Positions 62,929-64,000 of a stretch of 64,000 bases of DNA are shown one piece after another; position 1 is the first letter of the stretch, and each line of letters begins with the position of its first letter. The notes beneath the pieces were generated by a model. That model searched no databases, was not told where the DNA came from, and saw nothing but the letters and a program-made list of their open reading frames with translations. A program made the translations under genes and the position numbers. The DNA is from a bacterium (lineage in GTDB: Bacteria > Krumholzibacteriota > Krumholzibacteriia > LZORAL124-64-63), in the NCBI GenBank assembly GCA_031441465.1, contig JANOEP010000010.1, positions 167,986 to 231,985 on the forward strand, given 5' to 3'.

Positions 62929-64000
62929 CAGCGTGTCTCCCTGTCGGACGCGGCGCCGCCGAGGTGCGCCAGGAAGGCGTCGAGCGCGCGCTCGACGGCG
63001 GCGGATCGGGATCCCTTGAACAGGATGCGGTCGCCGGCCCGCACCGCGGCCGCCAGGGCGTCGGCGGCCGCCGCCGCGTCGGCGCAGACTTCGGCGTCGC
63101 CGCCCGCCTCGCGGAAACCGGCGGCCAAGTCCGCCGCCGCCTCGCCCACGGCCCACACCGCGTCGAGGCCGGCGGCCCGCAGTCGCCGCCCGGTGTCGCG
63201 GTGCAGTTCGGCCGCGTCGGCGCCGAGTTCGCCCATCGCGCCGAGCACGGCGAACCGGCGGCCGTCGCCGGGCAGGCCCGCCAGCGACGCGGCGGCGCTG
63301 AGCATGCTCGCGGGATTGGCGTTGTAACAGTCGTCGAGCAGCCACATGCCGCCGGCCGCGATCAGCCGGCTGCGGTGAGGCGAAGCGGCGAAGCCGGCGA
63401 GCGCGCTCGCGAGGTCCGGTTCGCGACCCGTCAAGGCCCGCACCGCCAGCCACGCGGCGACGAGGTTGGCGCCGTTGTGCTCGCCCGGCAAGGGCACGGC
63501 CGCCTCGCGACCATCGAGCGTCACCAGGCCCCCACCCCCGACGCGGTCCGCCCGCCACGACCAGCGGTGTTCCCCGGCGGCGCGCCCCCAGCTGACCACC
63601 GGGCACGGGCTGCGCTCCCGCCAGCTTTCGTAACCGGGGCTGTCGGCGTTCAGGACCGCCGTCCCGCCGGGCGGCAGGTGGTCCAGCAGGGCGCCCTTGG
63701 TGTTGATGATCTCGGCCAGCGATCCGAATCCCTCGAGGTGCGCTCCGGAGGCGTTGGTGATCACCCCGACCTGGGGAGCGGCCAGGGCCGCCAGCCGGTC
63801 GATGTCGCCGGCGCGGGAGGCGCCCATCTCCACGACCGCCACGTCGTGGTCGCGCCGCAAGCCGAGCAGGGTCAGCGGCAGGCCGAGATCGTTGTTCAGA
63901 TTGCCGGCGGTCGCGTGGACGCGGGCGACGGCGCCGGCCAGCGCCGCCAGCAGGTCCTTGGTGGTGGTCTTGCCGTTGGTGCCGGTGACGGCGGCGAGAC
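62928..64000 (-). CDS. murF: UDP-MurNAc-tripeptide--D-Ala-D-Ala ligase (5' end beyond the window)
   Basis: TGTNGKTTTK, GNLNNDLG, EMGAS, DDCYNANP, KGSR. Confidence 0.95.
   Translation of the reverse strand, partial: LAAVTGTNGKTTTKDLLAALAGAVARVHATAGNLNNDLGLPLTLLGLRRDHDVAVVEMGASRAGDIDRLAALAAPQVGVITNASGAHLEGFGSLAEIINTKGALLDHLPPGGTAVLNADSPGYESWRERSPCPVVSWGRAAGEHRWSWRADRVGGGGLVTLDGREAAVPLPGEHNGANLVAAWLAVRALTGREPDLASALAGFAASPHRSRLIAAGGMWLLDDCYNANPASMLSAAASLAGLPGDGRRFAVLGAMGELGADAAELHRDTGRRLRAAGLDAVWAVGEAAADLAAGFREAGGDAEVCADAAAAADALAAAVRAGDRILFKGSRSAAVERALDAFLAHLGGAASDRETR

Overview
This is a very GC-rich, gene-dense bacterial chromosomal window of mostly housekeeping genes. The gene content suggests an FCB-related candidate lineage such as Krumholzibacteriota/Latescibacterota, but that is a low-confidence inference. 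Left to right: an M23 peptidase, a SurA/PpiD-like foldase, an MrfAB-like helicase/exonuclease pair behind tatA, a dapL-like-folB-folK-dNK-panB-panC-glmU(N)-HIT operon, groESL with a CIRCE element, a GH13 alpha-amylase, coaX-birA-nadC-uvrB-rodZ-like-valS, terC, a PDZ/TM/GAF/SpoIIE phosphatase, a dsbD-trxA-tlpA-groES2 redox/folding operon, yigZ, a sigma70 factor, DUF4139, uppP, recG, rpmB, TPR proteins and the 3' half of the dcw cluster (murF to ftsZ). I saw no tRNA, rRNA, CRISPR array or transposase. Three non-obvious signals stand out. (1) Four correctly oriented sigma28/FliA/WhiG-like promoters, T(C/A)AAG-N14-GCCGA(T/C)G, lie upstream of four small unannotated genes: an atypical CheY-like receiver, a 146-aa orphan, a zinc-ribbon plus RomX-like protein and a 21-aa membrane peptide. 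This suggests an undescribed alternative-sigma regulon. (2) Two genes are frameshifted by exact short tandem duplications. (3) A divergent second GroES is embedded in a thiol-redox operon.
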